The notes: generated from the sequence alone by a model not told the origin. Positions 46,329 through 56,142 are shown, numbered from the stretch's first letter. The stretch: 64,000 nt of DNA from an uncultured Anaerolineaceae bacterium (GCA_964623375.1 CAZUTS010000007.1:2799-66798); one strand, 5' to 3'. Made by a program: numbers and translations.

Positions 46329-47228
46329 ATGAATCAGGATGTAAATAATCTCGTTTCCGGCGTACTGGTTGTCGATAAACCCGTCGGGCTCACCTCACAT
46401 GATGTGGTGCAGATCATTCGCCGTGGCACCGGCATCCGCCGCGCCGGTCACACCGGCACGCTGGATCCGCGTGCCTCCGGTGTGCTCGTAGTGCTCATTG
46501 GCCCTGCCGTGCGCTTGAGCGAGTTTGTTTCCGCAGAAGACAAGCGCTACCAGGCCACCGTGCGCCTGGGTAGCTCCACAGACACCTACGACGCTGAAGG
46601 TACGCCGAGCGGCCCTGAAGTGCCGGTGAATGTGGAGAAAGAGCAATTTGCCGAGCTGCTCACCCACTTTGTGGGCGAGATCGAGCAGAAGCCGCCCGCC
46701 TACTCAGCGATTCGTGTGCAAGGCCAGCGTGCCTATGACATGGCGCGCCGTGGCGAAGAAGTGGACCTGGCGCCGCGCATCATCACCGTGCACAGCCTGG
46801 ATCTGCTGGAATGGGCGCCACCCGAGGCGGTGGTAGATGTGCACTGCTCCTCTGGCACCTACGTGCGCTCTCTGGCACATGACATTGGCGAGGAGTTGGG
46901 CGTAGGCGGCCACCTGGTGGGTCTGCGCCGCACGCGCAGCGGCCGCTTCACTTTGCGTGACGCCGTGTCTTTGCGCCGTCTGCGCGAAGCCTTTGAGCAG
47001 GGCAGCTGGGCACAGTTCCTAATCCCGGCGGCTGAAGCGCTGGCTGACTGGCCGGCTATCGAGCTGGATGAGGATTCGCTGCGCAAGGTGGCCAACGGCA
47101 TCCGCATCCCCGCCCAGGAAGGCGCTACCGGATTGGCTCGTGCCGTAAGCCAGCAGGGTGAACTGGTGGCTGTGGTAGAAGTAAAAGACGGCGAGTGGCA
47201 ACCCCGAAAAGTGTTCCTCGCTTCGTAG
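46329..47228 (+). CDS. truB: tRNA pseudouridine-55 synthase
   Basis: VDKPVGLTSHDVV, and GHTGTLDP with the catalytic Asp. ATG 46329 is preferred over 46290 by N-terminal alignment to the typical TruB start. Confidence 0.9.
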   Translation: MNQDVNNLVSGVLVVDKPVGLTSHDVVQIIRRGTGIRRAGHTGTLDPRASGVLVVLIGPAVRLSEFVSAEDKRYQATVRLGSSTDTYDAEGTPSGPEVPVNVEKEQFAELLTHFVGEIEQKPPAYSAIRVQGQRAYDMARRGEEVDLAPRIITVHSLDLLEWAPPEAVVDVHCSSGTYVRSLAHDIGEELGVGGHLVGLRRTRSGRFTLRDAVSLRRLREAFEQGSWAQFLIPAAEALADWPAIELDEDSLRKVANGIRIPAQEGATGLARAVSQQGELVAVVEVKDGEWQPRKVFLAS

Positions 47229-47232
47229 ACCT

Positions 47233-48156
47233 ATGCAGCATTTCAGCTCTCTGCACGCCGCCAGCGCAAAGAACGCGTGGCTCACCATCGGTTCATTCGA
47301 TGGCCTGCATGCAGGGCATCAACAGATCATCCAGCAGATCACAGCCGGCGCGCACGAACAGGGCGCACCGGCTGTGGTTTTGACCTTTGAGCCTCACCCG
47401 GCAGAAGTGCTACGTGGCCCGCTTAGGGGGTTCTACCTGCTTGACCCGGAAGAGAAAACCGATATCTTTGCCAGCCTGGGGGTGGATGTACTCATCTCCC
47501 ATCCCTTCGATGCCGATCTGCGCAACACCACAGCAGAAGTGTTCATCCAGTGGGTGGATGAGCGTCTGCACATCCAGCAACTGTGGATCGGACATGATTT
47601 TGCGCTAGGGCACGACCGCCAAGGGAATTTTGACGCGCTGCGCCGTTTTGGCGCGCAGATGGGTTTCTCCGTGCACCAGGTGCTGCCTGTGCGCGTGGAT
47701 GGCGAGGTGGTCTCCTCAACCATGGTGCGCAATGCGCTGGCTGAGGGTAATGTCAGCGTAGTCGAGCGCTTGCTGGGGCGCAACTATGCCCTGAGTGGGC
47801 CAGTGGTCAGCGGCGCGCAACGCGGGCGCACCATCGGCATCCCTACGGCTAACGTACACGTGCCTGAGCGGCGCCTGGTGCCGGCCAGCGGCGTCTATGT
47901 CACCTGGGCCTGGCTGGGTGGGCAGCGCTTACCGAGTGTGACCAACATCGGCCTGCGCCCCACCTTTGAAGATGGCACCCCCGCACCGATTGTAGAAACC
48001 CACATATTAGAATATGAGGGTTCGGAGTTCTACGGCCAGACGCTCAAACTTGAATTTGTCTCTCGCCTGCGCGGTGAACAGAAATTTGCTGGGGTAGACG
48101 AGTTGGTTCGCCAGATTCATCAAGACATTGAGCAGGCCCGTAGCGCCTTGACCTAA
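47233..48156 (+). CDS. ribF: Bifunctional riboflavin kinase / FAD synthetase
   Basis: 307 aa. N-terminal FMN adenylyltransferase (GSFDGLHAGH) and C-terminal kinase (GRTIGIPTAN...ETHIL). Confidence 0.9.
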   Translation: MQHFSSLHAASAKNAWLTIGSFDGLHAGHQQIIQQITAGAHEQGAPAVVLTFEPHPAEVLRGPLRGFYLLDPEEKTDIFASLGVDVLISHPFDADLRNTTAEVFIQWVDERLHIQQLWIGHDFALGHDRQGNFDALRRFGAQMGFSVHQVLPVRVDGEVVSSTMVRNALAEGNVSVVERLLGRNYALSGPVVSGAQRGRTIGIPTANVHVPERRLVPASGVYVTWAWLGGQRLPSVTNIGLRPTFEDGTPAPIVETHILEYEGSEFYGQTLKLEFVSRLRGEQKFAGVDELVRQIHQDIEQARSALT

Positions 48157-48951
48157 ATGCAAGCCTATCTGGATCTCATGCAGCGTGTGTTGAACACCGG
48201 CGTGGAGAAGCATGACCGCACCGGCACTGGCACGCGCTCGGTCTTTGGCCACCAGATGCGCTTTGATCTGCAGCAGGGGTTTCCGCTGCTCACCACCAAG
48301 AAACTGCACACCAAATCCATCATCCATGAGCTGCTGTGGTTCCTGCAAGGCAGCACGAACACTCGCTATCTGAAAGAGAGCGGCGTACGCATTTGGGATG
48401 AGTGGGCAGATGCGCAGGGTGAGCTAGGCCCGGTGTATGGGGCGCAATGGCGCAGTTGGCCCACCACAGCGGGCGAAACGGTGGACCAGATCAGTTGGGT
48501 GGTCTCCGAAATCAAGCGCAATCCAGACTCGCGCCGCCTGATCGTGAGCGCCTGGAATGTGGCCGAGCTACCCAAGATGGCGCTGCCGCCGTGCCATCTG
48601 CTCTTTCAGTTTTACGTGGCCGAAGGCAAACTATCTTGTCAGCTGTATCAGCGCTCGGCAGATATTTTCTTGGGACTGCCCTTCAACATCGCATCGTACT
48701 CGTTGCTCACCCTGATGATGGCGCAGGTGTGTAGCCTGCGCCCAGGCGACTTTGTGATCTCGCTGGGCGATTGCCATCTCTACAGCAATCATTACGAGCA
48801 GGCTCGTTTACAACTCGGCCGCCAGCCGCTGCCGCTGCCACATATGCTGCTCAACCCGGTGGTAAGCGACATCCTGGCGTTCACGTATGGCGACTTCACT
48901 TTGCAAGGCTATGAAGCGCACCCGCACATCAAAGCCTCCGTGGCGGTATAG
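48157..48951 (+). CDS. thyA: Thymidylate synthase (ThyA type)
   Basis: 264 aa. MQAYLDLMQ..., DRTGTGT, active-site context [12 protein letters not shown], and [15 protein letters not shown]. Confidence 0.95.
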   Translation: MQAYLDLMQRVLNTGVEKHDRTGTGTRSVFGHQMRFDLQQGFPLLTTKKLHTKSIIHELLWFLQGSTNTRYLKESGVRIWDEWADAQGELGPVYGAQWRSWPTTAGETVDQISWVVSEIKRNPDSRRLIVSAWNVAELPKMALPPCHLLFQFYVAEGKLSCQLYQRSADIFLGLPFNIASYSLLTLMMAQVCSLRPGDFVISLGDCHLYSNHYEQARLQLGRQPLPLPHMLLNPVVSDILAFTYGDFTLQGYEAHPHIKASVAV

Positions 48952-49443
48952 GTGATCATTTCACTGCTTGCCGCGCTGGATGAGAAGAACGGCATTGGCC
49001 GTGATGGCGGCATGCCCTGGCACCTCACCGATGACCTCAAGCATTTTCGCCGCCTGACGCGTGGTCACCATGTGCTCATGGGCCGCAAGACCTACGCCAC
49101 AGTGGCGGACAAGCTGCCCGGCCGCCACATGCTGGTGCTTTCGCGCAACGCATCCTTCCAGCCAGACGACGCGCAGGTCTTCGCTGATTTTCAGGCGGCC
49201 GCGGAAGCTGCCCGCGCAGCTGGCGAGCAGGAACTCTTCGTCATCGGTGGGGCGCAAGTGTTTGCCCTGGCTTTGCCGCTAGCGCAGCGCTTCTATCTCA
49301 CGCGTGTATATGCGGATGCACACTGCGATGTGTTCTTCCCACCCTTTGATTTGAATGAATGGCGCGAGTTGAACAGCCAAGCTTTTTCTGCGGGCGGCAA
49401 AAACGAGCATGCCTTCACTATATTCACACTAGAGCGCAAATAA
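48952..49443 (+). CDS. folA: Dihydrofolate reductase
   Basis: 163 aa. GTG directly after the thyA stop. Motifs GIGRDGGMPWHL and VLMGRKTY. Confidence 0.9.
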   Translation: MIISLLAALDEKNGIGRDGGMPWHLTDDLKHFRRLTRGHHVLMGRKTYATVADKLPGRHMLVLSRNASFQPDDAQVFADFQAAAEAARAAGEQELFVIGGAQVFALALPLAQRFYLTRVYADAHCDVFFPPFDLNEWRELNSQAFSAGGKNEHAFTIFTLERK

Positions 49444-49471
49444 AAAAAGACCGGCAGCGCCGGTCTTTTTT
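49442..49471. terminator. Bidirectional intrinsic terminator
   Basis: A7 run, GACCGGC-agc-GCCGGTC, T6 run. Confidence 0.75.
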
Positions 49472-49482
49472 ATCTAATCTGG

Positions 49483-51294
49483 CTACTTGGCCAACTTGCG
49501 ACTCTCTTCTACATAGGCCAGACTTTGGTGGCGGAAGTAGGTGTTGTACAGGGTGGCGTAGTGGCCGCCCTGTGCCAGCAAGCCGTCGTGGTCACCTTCT
49601 TCGATAATGCGGCCTTCACGCAGCACAATGATGCGGTCGGCAGCCTTGACTGTAGACAAGCGGTGGGCGATGAGGATGCTGGTGCTCTTGCTCAGGATCA
49701 TGTCCAACGCCTGCTGGATCTGCCACTCCGTGAAGGGGTCGATGCTGGCTGTGGCCTCATCGAGCACAAAGATGGCCGGCTTCTGCACCAGCACGCGCAA
49801 CAACGAGACCAGTTGGCGCTGACCCATGGAGAGGCGCGCCCCGCGTTCGCCGACCTCGGTCTTGAGGCCATCTGGCAGCGTTTCCAGCCACTCACCTTTG
49901 CCGATCTTGCGTGCCAGGCGCAGAATCTCTGGGTCCTTCACGCCCGGTGCGGCGTAGCGAATGTTCTCGGCTACTGTGCCGTCAAACAAGAACGGCACTT
50001 GCGAAACGATGCCCAGTTGGCGGCGGTAGGCGGTGAGGTCGAGGCTGCGGATGTCTTTGCCATCGATCAGTAGCTGGCCTTCCTGGAACTCATAGAAGCG
50101 GTTGACCAACTTGGCGATCGAGGTCTTGCCCGCGCCGGTGTGGCCTACAAGCGCCACGGTCTCGCCGGGTTTGATGTGCAGGCTGAAGTCGCGCAGAATC
50201 GGCTCGTCCGGCACATAACTGAAATTGATGTTCTCGAAGCGGATATCGCCCTTGAGGCGCGGTATCCGCTGCTTGCCCACTTGCACCACGCGCGGCTCGG
50301 CATCGATGAGCGCAAAGGAGCGTTCGGCGGCCGCCAGGCCGGATTGCAGCTGCGTCCAGAACGCAGACAAGTTGAGCACGGGGAACCAGAAACGGTCCAA
50401 GCCTTGCAGGAACAGATACCATGCGCCTGCCGTGATCACGCTGGCGGCCACGTTCATACCGCCCACATATAGCAACAGGGCAGTGCCTAGAGCGGCCATG
50501 GCGTTGAGCGCCGGGAAAACCATGCTGAGCACAAAGCCACGGCGCAGATTGACGTCAAACGAGCTTTGATTGCCGTGGTCGAATTCTTTGAAGATGGCTT
50601 CTTCCTGGCGGAAGTTTTTGGCCACCGCGATGCCACTGATGGTCTCTTTGATCACGGCGTTGACATTGCCCATGGCGCGCATGCCCGTACGCGTGGTGCG
50701 CCGCGCCGCTTCACGGAACAGCGTGGCGATCCAGTACACGATGGGCAGCATGCCAAACAGGTACAGCGACAGGCGCCAGTTGATAGCGATCAGCGCCGCG
50801 CCTACGATGAGTGCCTGGCCGAACTGAGAAATAAGATCGGTTATGAGCACGATCATGTCGCCGTACTCGCGCGTGTCTGAGGTGATGCGCGAGACTACTT
50901 TGCCCGAAGGGTTCTCGTCGTAGAACGAGAGATCATGCGACATGGCGGCCTTGAAGCCATCCAGACGAATGGTCAGGATGACATCACCAATCGTGCGTGC
51001 CGTCAGGCGGCGACGCCACCAGTTGGTGGCCCAGCTCAAAAAGCCGGAGAGGAACACAACGCCCACCACCAGCCAGATGGCCTCAGGAGTGATGTGCTCG
51101 CCCAGCTCGTCCAGGGCGCGTGCCAGCAGCAGTGGTACCGCTGCTGCTGTGACCGCTGAGCCGAGCGCCAGCAGGCCAATCACCCATAGCTTGCCCATGT
51201 GGGCATCAAAGTAATGCGCCATGCGGCGCACCAGTTGCTTGTCAGAGTACTGGCGGTCATACTGCTCCGCGTCGAGACCAGAGAAAAAGCCCAT
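49483..51294 (-). CDS. ABC exporter, fused permease/ATPase (MdlB-like half transporter)
   Basis: 603 aa. Six TM plus an NBD: Walker A GHTGAGKTS, signature LSMGQRQ, Walker B FVLDEATAS. Confidence 0.9.
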   Translation of the reverse strand: MGFFSGLDAEQYDRQYSDKQLVRRMAHYFDAHMGKLWVIGLLALGSAVTAAAVPLLLARALDELGEHITPEAIWLVVGVVFLSGFLSWATNWWRRRLTARTIGDVILTIRLDGFKAAMSHDLSFYDENPSGKVVSRITSDTREYGDMIVLITDLISQFGQALIVGAALIAINWRLSLYLFGMLPIVYWIATLFREAARRTTRTGMRAMGNVNAVIKETISGIAVAKNFRQEEAIFKEFDHGNQSSFDVNLRRGFVLSMVFPALNAMAALGTALLLYVGGMNVAASVITAGAWYLFLQGLDRFWFPVLNLSAFWTQLQSGLAAAERSFALIDAEPRVVQVGKQRIPRLKGDIRFENINFSYVPDEPILRDFSLHIKPGETVALVGHTGAGKTSIAKLVNRFYEFQEGQLLIDGKDIRSLDLTAYRRQLGIVSQVPFLFDGTVAENIRYAAPGVKDPEILRLARKIGKGEWLETLPDGLKTEVGERGARLSMGQRQLVSLLRVLVQKPAIFVLDEATASIDPFTEWQIQQALDMILSKSTSILIAHRLSTVKAADRIIVLREGRIIEEGDHDGLLAQGGHYATLYNTYFRHQSLAYVEESRKLAK

Positions 51295-51303
51295 AAGCCT
51301 GCT

Positions 51304-53079
51304 TTACTCGCTAAAGATGCGTTTGTAGGCCGGCGAAGTCTTGAGTAGATCCTCATGACTGCCGGAAGCCACCACCTTGCCGCCGCGCAGCACCACGATG
51401 AGGTCTGCCCAGCGGATCTGTGAGAGGCGGTGTGTGATGATCAGCGTGGTGCGGCCCTTGGTGGCGGCGTAGATGGCACGCTGAATTTTGTCTTCTGTGG
51501 CGCTGTCAATGGCGCTGGTGGAATCGTCCAGAATGAGGATGCGCGGATCAGTAAGGAAGGCGCGTGCCAGCGCCATGCGTTGGCGTTGGCCGCCGGAGAG
51601 TGTGACGCCGCGTTCGCCTACGACCGTATCGTAGCCGTGGGTGAACTCCATGATGAAGTCATGCGCCTGCGCCTGCTTGGCGGCCTCCTCAATCTCAGCG
51701 CGGGTCGCTTCCGGATGGCCAAAGGCGATGTTCTCCGCAACGGTGCGTGAGAATAGGAAGATGTCTTGCTCGATGATGGAGATCTGGCGGCGCAGCGCCT
51801 CCAGATTCCAATCGCGCACATCCACGCCATCCACACTCACCACGCCGGTGGTGACATCGTAGGTGCGGTTGACCAGCTTGGCCAGCGTGGTCTTGCCGGT
51901 GCCAGTCTGGCCCACGATGGCCACCGTGAGGCCGGGCTTGACCGTGAAATTCACCTTGTTGAGCGCCGCTTCGTGGCCTTCATAGGCAAAGGTAACATTT
52001 TTGAACTCAATACCGCCCTTCATGGGCTTGCTGTAGCCTTCGGCATTCTGGTCCAGGTCGGTCTTGTTGTTAAGCAGGTCAAGAATGCGGCGGGCGCTAG
52101 CCACGCCGAGGGAGACCTGCGAATAAGCAAACAGCGAGGTAAAGACAGGGAAGCCGAACAGCGCCAATAAGCCGAAGTAAGCGATCACATCGCCCAGCGT
52201 GATAAGGCCGGCTTGCATGAGCATCAGCGAGTGCCACAGGCCAGCGGCCTGCGCGATCGCCATCAAGAGCATCGGCAGGAAACGCGCTTCAATGTAGCCC
52301 TGGTGAATGTAGGCGTCACGGAAGCGGTTGGCATTGCGGCGGAAAAGACTTACCTCTAATTTTTCCTGCGCCATGCCCTTCACGGTTTCAATGCCATCCA
52401 GCGATTCAGACAGACGTGAGTTGAGCGTGCCAAAGGCGTTGCGCTGCTTGGCGGTAACCGGATTGAGTTCCTTGAGATATTGCCAGATGGCAACAAAGTA
52501 CACCAGCGTGAAGGCGATGGGAATGATGCTCAGCGCCGGGTGAATGCCAAAGCTGGCCACGATGGGCGTCACCAGGAAGAAGGCTGCGCCAATCACCAGG
52601 TTGAGCCCGGGGTTGAACATCAGATTGATTTCGCGCACATCATTGGTGGCGCGCGCCATCGTATCGCCCACGGATTGCAAGCTGTGGAAGGTCATGCTTT
52701 TGCCGAGCAGGTTGGTGTACAGCTCTTCACGAATGTTGCGCTCGAACAGCTGCCCCAGCCATTCGGCGGCAAAGTTGCGGGCAAACTGCAACAGCGAGCG
52801 CACGGTCTGGCTGATGATGATCACCCACACAAAGCCGATCAACAGCTCAGTTTGTGGCGGGCTGGCCATGATGGCTTCAAAAGCCTTGCCGATCTCAATG
52901 GGTACATAGGCGGCCAGGGCACCATTGGTGATAGCACCTACCATCAGCATCAGTCCCAGGGCCCAGTGAGGTTTAAAGTGCGACCACAGCCAGCGGCCCG
53001 GGCCGCTGCGGTTGGTGGCATAACGTTCGGGTAATGTAAATTCAGCCGCGTGGAGGGCGGGTAGGGGAGTTGTGCTCAT
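51304..53079 (-). CDS. ABC exporter, fused permease/ATPase (MdlA-like half transporter)
   Basis: 591 aa. Six TM plus an NBD: Walker A GQTGTGKTT, signature LSGGQRQ, Walker B LILDDSTSA. Likely a heterodimer with the downstream gene. Confidence 0.9.
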   Translation of the reverse strand: MSTTPLPALHAAEFTLPERYATNRSGPGRWLWSHFKPHWALGLMLMVGAITNGALAAYVPIEIGKAFEAIMASPPQTELLIGFVWVIIISQTVRSLLQFARNFAAEWLGQLFERNIREELYTNLLGKSMTFHSLQSVGDTMARATNDVREINLMFNPGLNLVIGAAFFLVTPIVASFGIHPALSIIPIAFTLVYFVAIWQYLKELNPVTAKQRNAFGTLNSRLSESLDGIETVKGMAQEKLEVSLFRRNANRFRDAYIHQGYIEARFLPMLLMAIAQAAGLWHSLMLMQAGLITLGDVIAYFGLLALFGFPVFTSLFAYSQVSLGVASARRILDLLNNKTDLDQNAEGYSKPMKGGIEFKNVTFAYEGHEAALNKVNFTVKPGLTVAIVGQTGTGKTTLAKLVNRTYDVTTGVVSVDGVDVRDWNLEALRRQISIIEQDIFLFSRTVAENIAFGHPEATRAEIEEAAKQAQAHDFIMEFTHGYDTVVGERGVTLSGGQRQRMALARAFLTDPRILILDDSTSAIDSATEDKIQRAIYAATKGRTTLIITHRLSQIRWADLIVVLRGGKVVASGSHEDLLKTSPAYKRIFSE

Positions 53080-53157
53080 TCGGTCCTGTTGTGTGCTGAG
53101 TTGTAGTGGCGTGCGAGAGCCAACTGAGAATTAGGATACCACACCCGCTTTTTAAAG

Positions 53158-53190
53158 CAAAAATGCCCGCTATGTGGCGAGCATTTTTGC
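53158..53190 (-). terminator. Probable terminator downstream of trpS
   Basis: AAAAATGCCCGC-tatgt-GGCGAGCATTTTT imperfect hairpin with flanking A and T runs. Confidence 0.5.
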
Positions 53191-53208
53191 ATTGCATACT
53201 AAAAGCGG

Positions 53209-54198
53209 TTACTTGAGCCCCATCTTGCGCATCACCTCATCAAAGGTGGCTTCTACCAGAGGGCGAGCCTTCTCAGTGCCCTCGTCCAGGATATTCACCA
53301 CTTTGGCCGGGTCTTTGAGGTACTCAGCACGGCGTTCACGGATAGGGCGCAGGTACGTGTTCAAGGCCGTGGCCAAACTCTTCTTGACCTCAACATCGCC
53401 CACTTTGCCTTCACGGTAGCGGGTCTTGAAGTCTTCCACCTCATCCTTGTTGGGGTTGAAGACATCGTGATACTCAAACACCGGGTTACCCTCCACGGTG
53501 CCTGGATCGGTGGCACGCAGGCGAGTGGGGTCGGTGTACATGCTCATCACCTTTTTGGTGGTGTCTTCTTCGCTCTCGATGAAGCGGATGGCGTTGTTGT
53601 ACGAGCTGTGCATGGTGCGGTTGTCCACACCCGGTAGGCGCGCTGTCTTGGTCAGCAGGCCATCCGGCTCGGGGAAGGTCTCGCCGTAGAGCGTGTTGAA
53701 GCGCCGGGCGATCTCGCGGGTCAACTCGATGTGCGGCAGTTGGTCCTCGCCTACGGGTACCAGGTTGGCTTTGTAAACCAGGATGTCTGCGCTCTGTAGC
53801 ACCGGGTAGGCCAGCAAGCCCAACGAAGGATTGAGGCCCAGATTCTGGATCTGATCCTTGTAGGTAGGCACGCGCTCTAGCCGCGCCACCGTGGTCATCA
53901 TGCCGAAGAGTTGCGAGAGCTGGGCGTGCTGTGCCAGTGCTGATTGGCGCACAAGCGTGGCCTTGCTCGGGTCAATGCCCGCGGCTAACCAGTCAGCCAC
54001 TACGTTGATCACGTTCTCCTGAATGCGCTCGGGGTGTTCGTAGTCTGTGGTGAGCACGTGCAGGTCAGCGATGAGGAAGTAGCACTCATAATCATCCTGC
54101 ATCTTGGCCCACTGCTCCAGCGTGCCCACCAGGTGGCCGATGTGGCGCGGCCCTGTGGGGCGGTGGCCGGTGAGGATGCGTCCTTTGCTTGCAGTCAT
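53209..54198 (-). CDS. trpS: Tryptophan--tRNA ligase (T. maritima-like subtype) with atypical KMSKS loop
   Basis: 329 aa. HIGH region GHRPTGPRHIGHLVG. Overall TrpRS layout, and a T-box leader containing UGG. The KMSKS position reads TMHSS. Confidence 0.9.
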   Translation of the reverse strand: MTASKGRILTGHRPTGPRHIGHLVGTLEQWAKMQDDYECYFLIADLHVLTTDYEHPERIQENVINVVADWLAAGIDPSKATLVRQSALAQHAQLSQLFGMMTTVARLERVPTYKDQIQNLGLNPSLGLLAYPVLQSADILVYKANLVPVGEDQLPHIELTREIARRFNTLYGETFPEPDGLLTKTARLPGVDNRTMHSSYNNAIRFIESEEDTTKKVMSMYTDPTRLRATDPGTVEGNPVFEYHDVFNPNKDEVEDFKTRYREGKVGDVEVKKSLATALNTYLRPIRERRAEYLKDPAKVVNILDEGTEKARPLVEATFDEVMRKMGLK

Positions 54199-54212
54199 AT
54201 CTTCTCCTGGGC

Positions 54213-54448
54213 TCTGGAAACGAAAACGCTCGTCCTCAGAGCAAATGTAATTTTGCTCTGAGGACGAGCGTCAGCCCGCGGTGCCACCTCAGTTGCGTAC
54301 GTATCAGCGCACGCCGCTTTTTGTTGTGTTCTGGAAGTTGCGCAGCAACTTCCGCGCTGCATAGCAGCGCACGGGTCCAATTTCGGCTCTGGCGTGTGGG
54401 CTGGGTCTCAGCGCTCCAGCTTTCTGTGCCAACGGTTCAGAGCGTACT
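54213..54448 (-). promoter_or_regulatory. T-box leader (tRNA-sensing riboswitch) with terminator/antiterminator, candidate Trp specifier
   Basis: The minus strand carries the T-box sequence AACTGAGGTGGCACCGCGGG (core at 54277-54288). It is followed by an 18-bp terminator, GCTCGTCCTCAGAGCAAA-attaca-TTTGCTCTGAGGACGAGC, then GTTTTCGTTT. Upstream, GAAATTGGA contains UGG followed by A (54379-54377). Confidence 0.8.
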
Positions 54449-54706
54449 TACTCCGTGTACGGCTATTTTACACGAGCTGTCGCTAGCCTGATGCTTCAGT
54501 CGCGCCATGGACACCACCCGCGCTTGGCTGAAGCTGCGCAGCCGCGGCTCGTGGTGTTCTACGGTTTCGGAGAGATGTTCGTTCGCCATCTGGGTGGCTG
54601 CCAGGCCAATTCCTTCGCTCATCTTACCTAGGAAGACGAATGAGGGCACAAGATATTGTAGAGAGTTGCTGGTTGCGCGGTCGAGTGCAGTCAATGAATA
54701 GCATTG

Positions 54707-54720
54707 CAGTACAATCGTTC
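54707..54720 (+). promoter_or_regulatory. Candidate LexA-box-like operator overlapping a TACAAT -10 box of rarA
   Basis: CAGTACAATCGTTC lies 5 nt before the rarA ATG and is identical to the element in front of pcrA. There is no Shine-Dalgarno between it and the ATG. Confidence 0.35.
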
Positions 54721-54725
54721 TACTT

Positions 54726-56141
54726 ATGGATTTGTTCGACCACGCCCTCAAGGAGCGCCTGGCCACCGAAAGCCCGCTAGCTGCCCGCATGCGCCCGCGC
54801 AACCTCGATGAGTACATCGGCCAGGATGACATCGTGGGTGAGGGTCGCCTGTTGCGCCGTGCCATCGCGGCTGACCGGCTGTTCTCCTCCATCCTGCTGT
54901 GGGGGCCGCCGGGCTCTGGCAAGACCACGTTGGCGATGGTCATTGCCAATCACACCCAGTCATACTTCGTCACCCTGTCAGCGGTGATGACTGGCAAGGC
55001 CGATTTGGTAGCCGTTATCGAAGAGGCGCGCGAACGCCGCCGCTTGCATAATGTTCGTACGATCCTTTTTGTGGATGAGGTGCATCGTTGGAACAAAGCC
55101 CAGCAGGATGCCCTGCTCCCGCATGTAGAGAACGGCACGATTACGCTGATCGGCGCCACCACCGAAAACCCGTACTTTGAGGTCAACGGTGCGCTGGTCT
55201 CGCGTTCGCGTGTTTTCCAGCTGCGCCCGCTCTCCGATGAGGATGTGCGCCGCGTGCTGGAGCAGGCGCTGCAAGATACCGAGCGCGGCTACGGCGGACG
55301 TAAAGTGATGTTCGATGAAGAAGCTGCCCAGCACCTCATTCACGTTGCTGGCGGCGATGCGCGCAACGCGCTCAATGCGCTGGAGCTGGCCGTCGAGTCG
55401 ACTCCGGAGGTGGATGGCGTGGTGCACGTCACTCTCGCCGTGGCGCAGGAGTCTATTCAGCGCCGTGCTGTGCTGTACGACAAAGATGGCGATGCCCACT
55501 ACGACACCATCTCAGCTTTCATTAAGTCTGTGCGCGGTTCCGACCCCGACGCGGCGCTCTACTGGCTGGCCAAGATGCTCTACGCTGGAGAGGATCCGCG
55601 CTTCATCTTCCGTCGTTTGCTGATCCTGGCGGGTGAGGATATTGGCATGGGTGACCCGATGGGTATGGTGGTGGCCAATGCCGCCGCCCAGGCTTTCGAT
55701 TACATTGGCCTGCCTGAGGGCATCTTCCCGCTCGTACACGCCGTGATTTATCTTTCCACAGCGCCCAAATCCAACAGCAGCTTGGGTTACTTCTCGGCCT
55801 ATCAGAAGATCGAGGCCGATGGCATGGTGGAAGTGCCAGACCCGCTCAAAGATAAAAATCGCGATGGCAAAGCCCTTGGCCACGGCCAGGGGTACGTCTA
55901 CCCGCATGATGCGCCCGATCACTTTGCCCCGCAGCAATACTTGCCCAGCGGCGTGCTCGGCACATATTTCTATACCCCGTCTGACCAGGGCTACGAAGCT
56001 GAGGTCAAAGAGCGGCTGGCGCGTTGGCGTGAAGCCCAACGTAAGGCGCTCGGCATCACGCGCAGCGAAGAAGTGCCCACGCCAAGTAAAGAAACGGCAG
56101 ATACATTGAAGTCTCGCCACAAAGCCGGAGGAAACCACTAG
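54726..56141 (+). CDS. rarA: Replication-associated recombination protein A (MgsA/RarA AAA+ ATPase)
   Basis: 471 aa. PLAARMRP..LDEYIGQ, Walker A LWGPPGSGKTTLA, Walker B LFVDEVHRWNK, and a conserved MgsA C-terminal domain. Confidence 0.9.
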   Translation: MDLFDHALKERLATESPLAARMRPRNLDEYIGQDDIVGEGRLLRRAIAADRLFSSILLWGPPGSGKTTLAMVIANHTQSYFVTLSAVMTGKADLVAVIEEARERRRLHNVRTILFVDEVHRWNKAQQDALLPHVENGTITLIGATTENPYFEVNGALVSRSRVFQLRPLSDEDVRRVLEQALQDTERGYGGRKVMFDEEAAQHLIHVAGGDARNALNALELAVESTPEVDGVVHVTLAVAQESIQRRAVLYDKDGDAHYDTISAFIKSVRGSDPDAALYWLAKMLYAGEDPRFIFRRLLILAGEDIGMGDPMGMVVANAAAQAFDYIGLPEGIFPLVHAVIYLSTAPKSNSSLGYFSAYQKIEADGMVEVPDPLKDKNRDGKALGHGQGYVYPHDAPDHFAPQQYLPSGVLGTYFYTPSDQGYEAEVKERLARWREAQRKALGITRSEEVPTPSKETADTLKSRHKAGGNH

Positions 56142-56142
56142 C

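Noticed and set aside
54437-54949. 170-aa minus-strand ORF between trpS and rarA
   Set aside because: It overlaps the 5' part of rarA antisense and runs into the T-box leader. No SD and no recognisable sequence.
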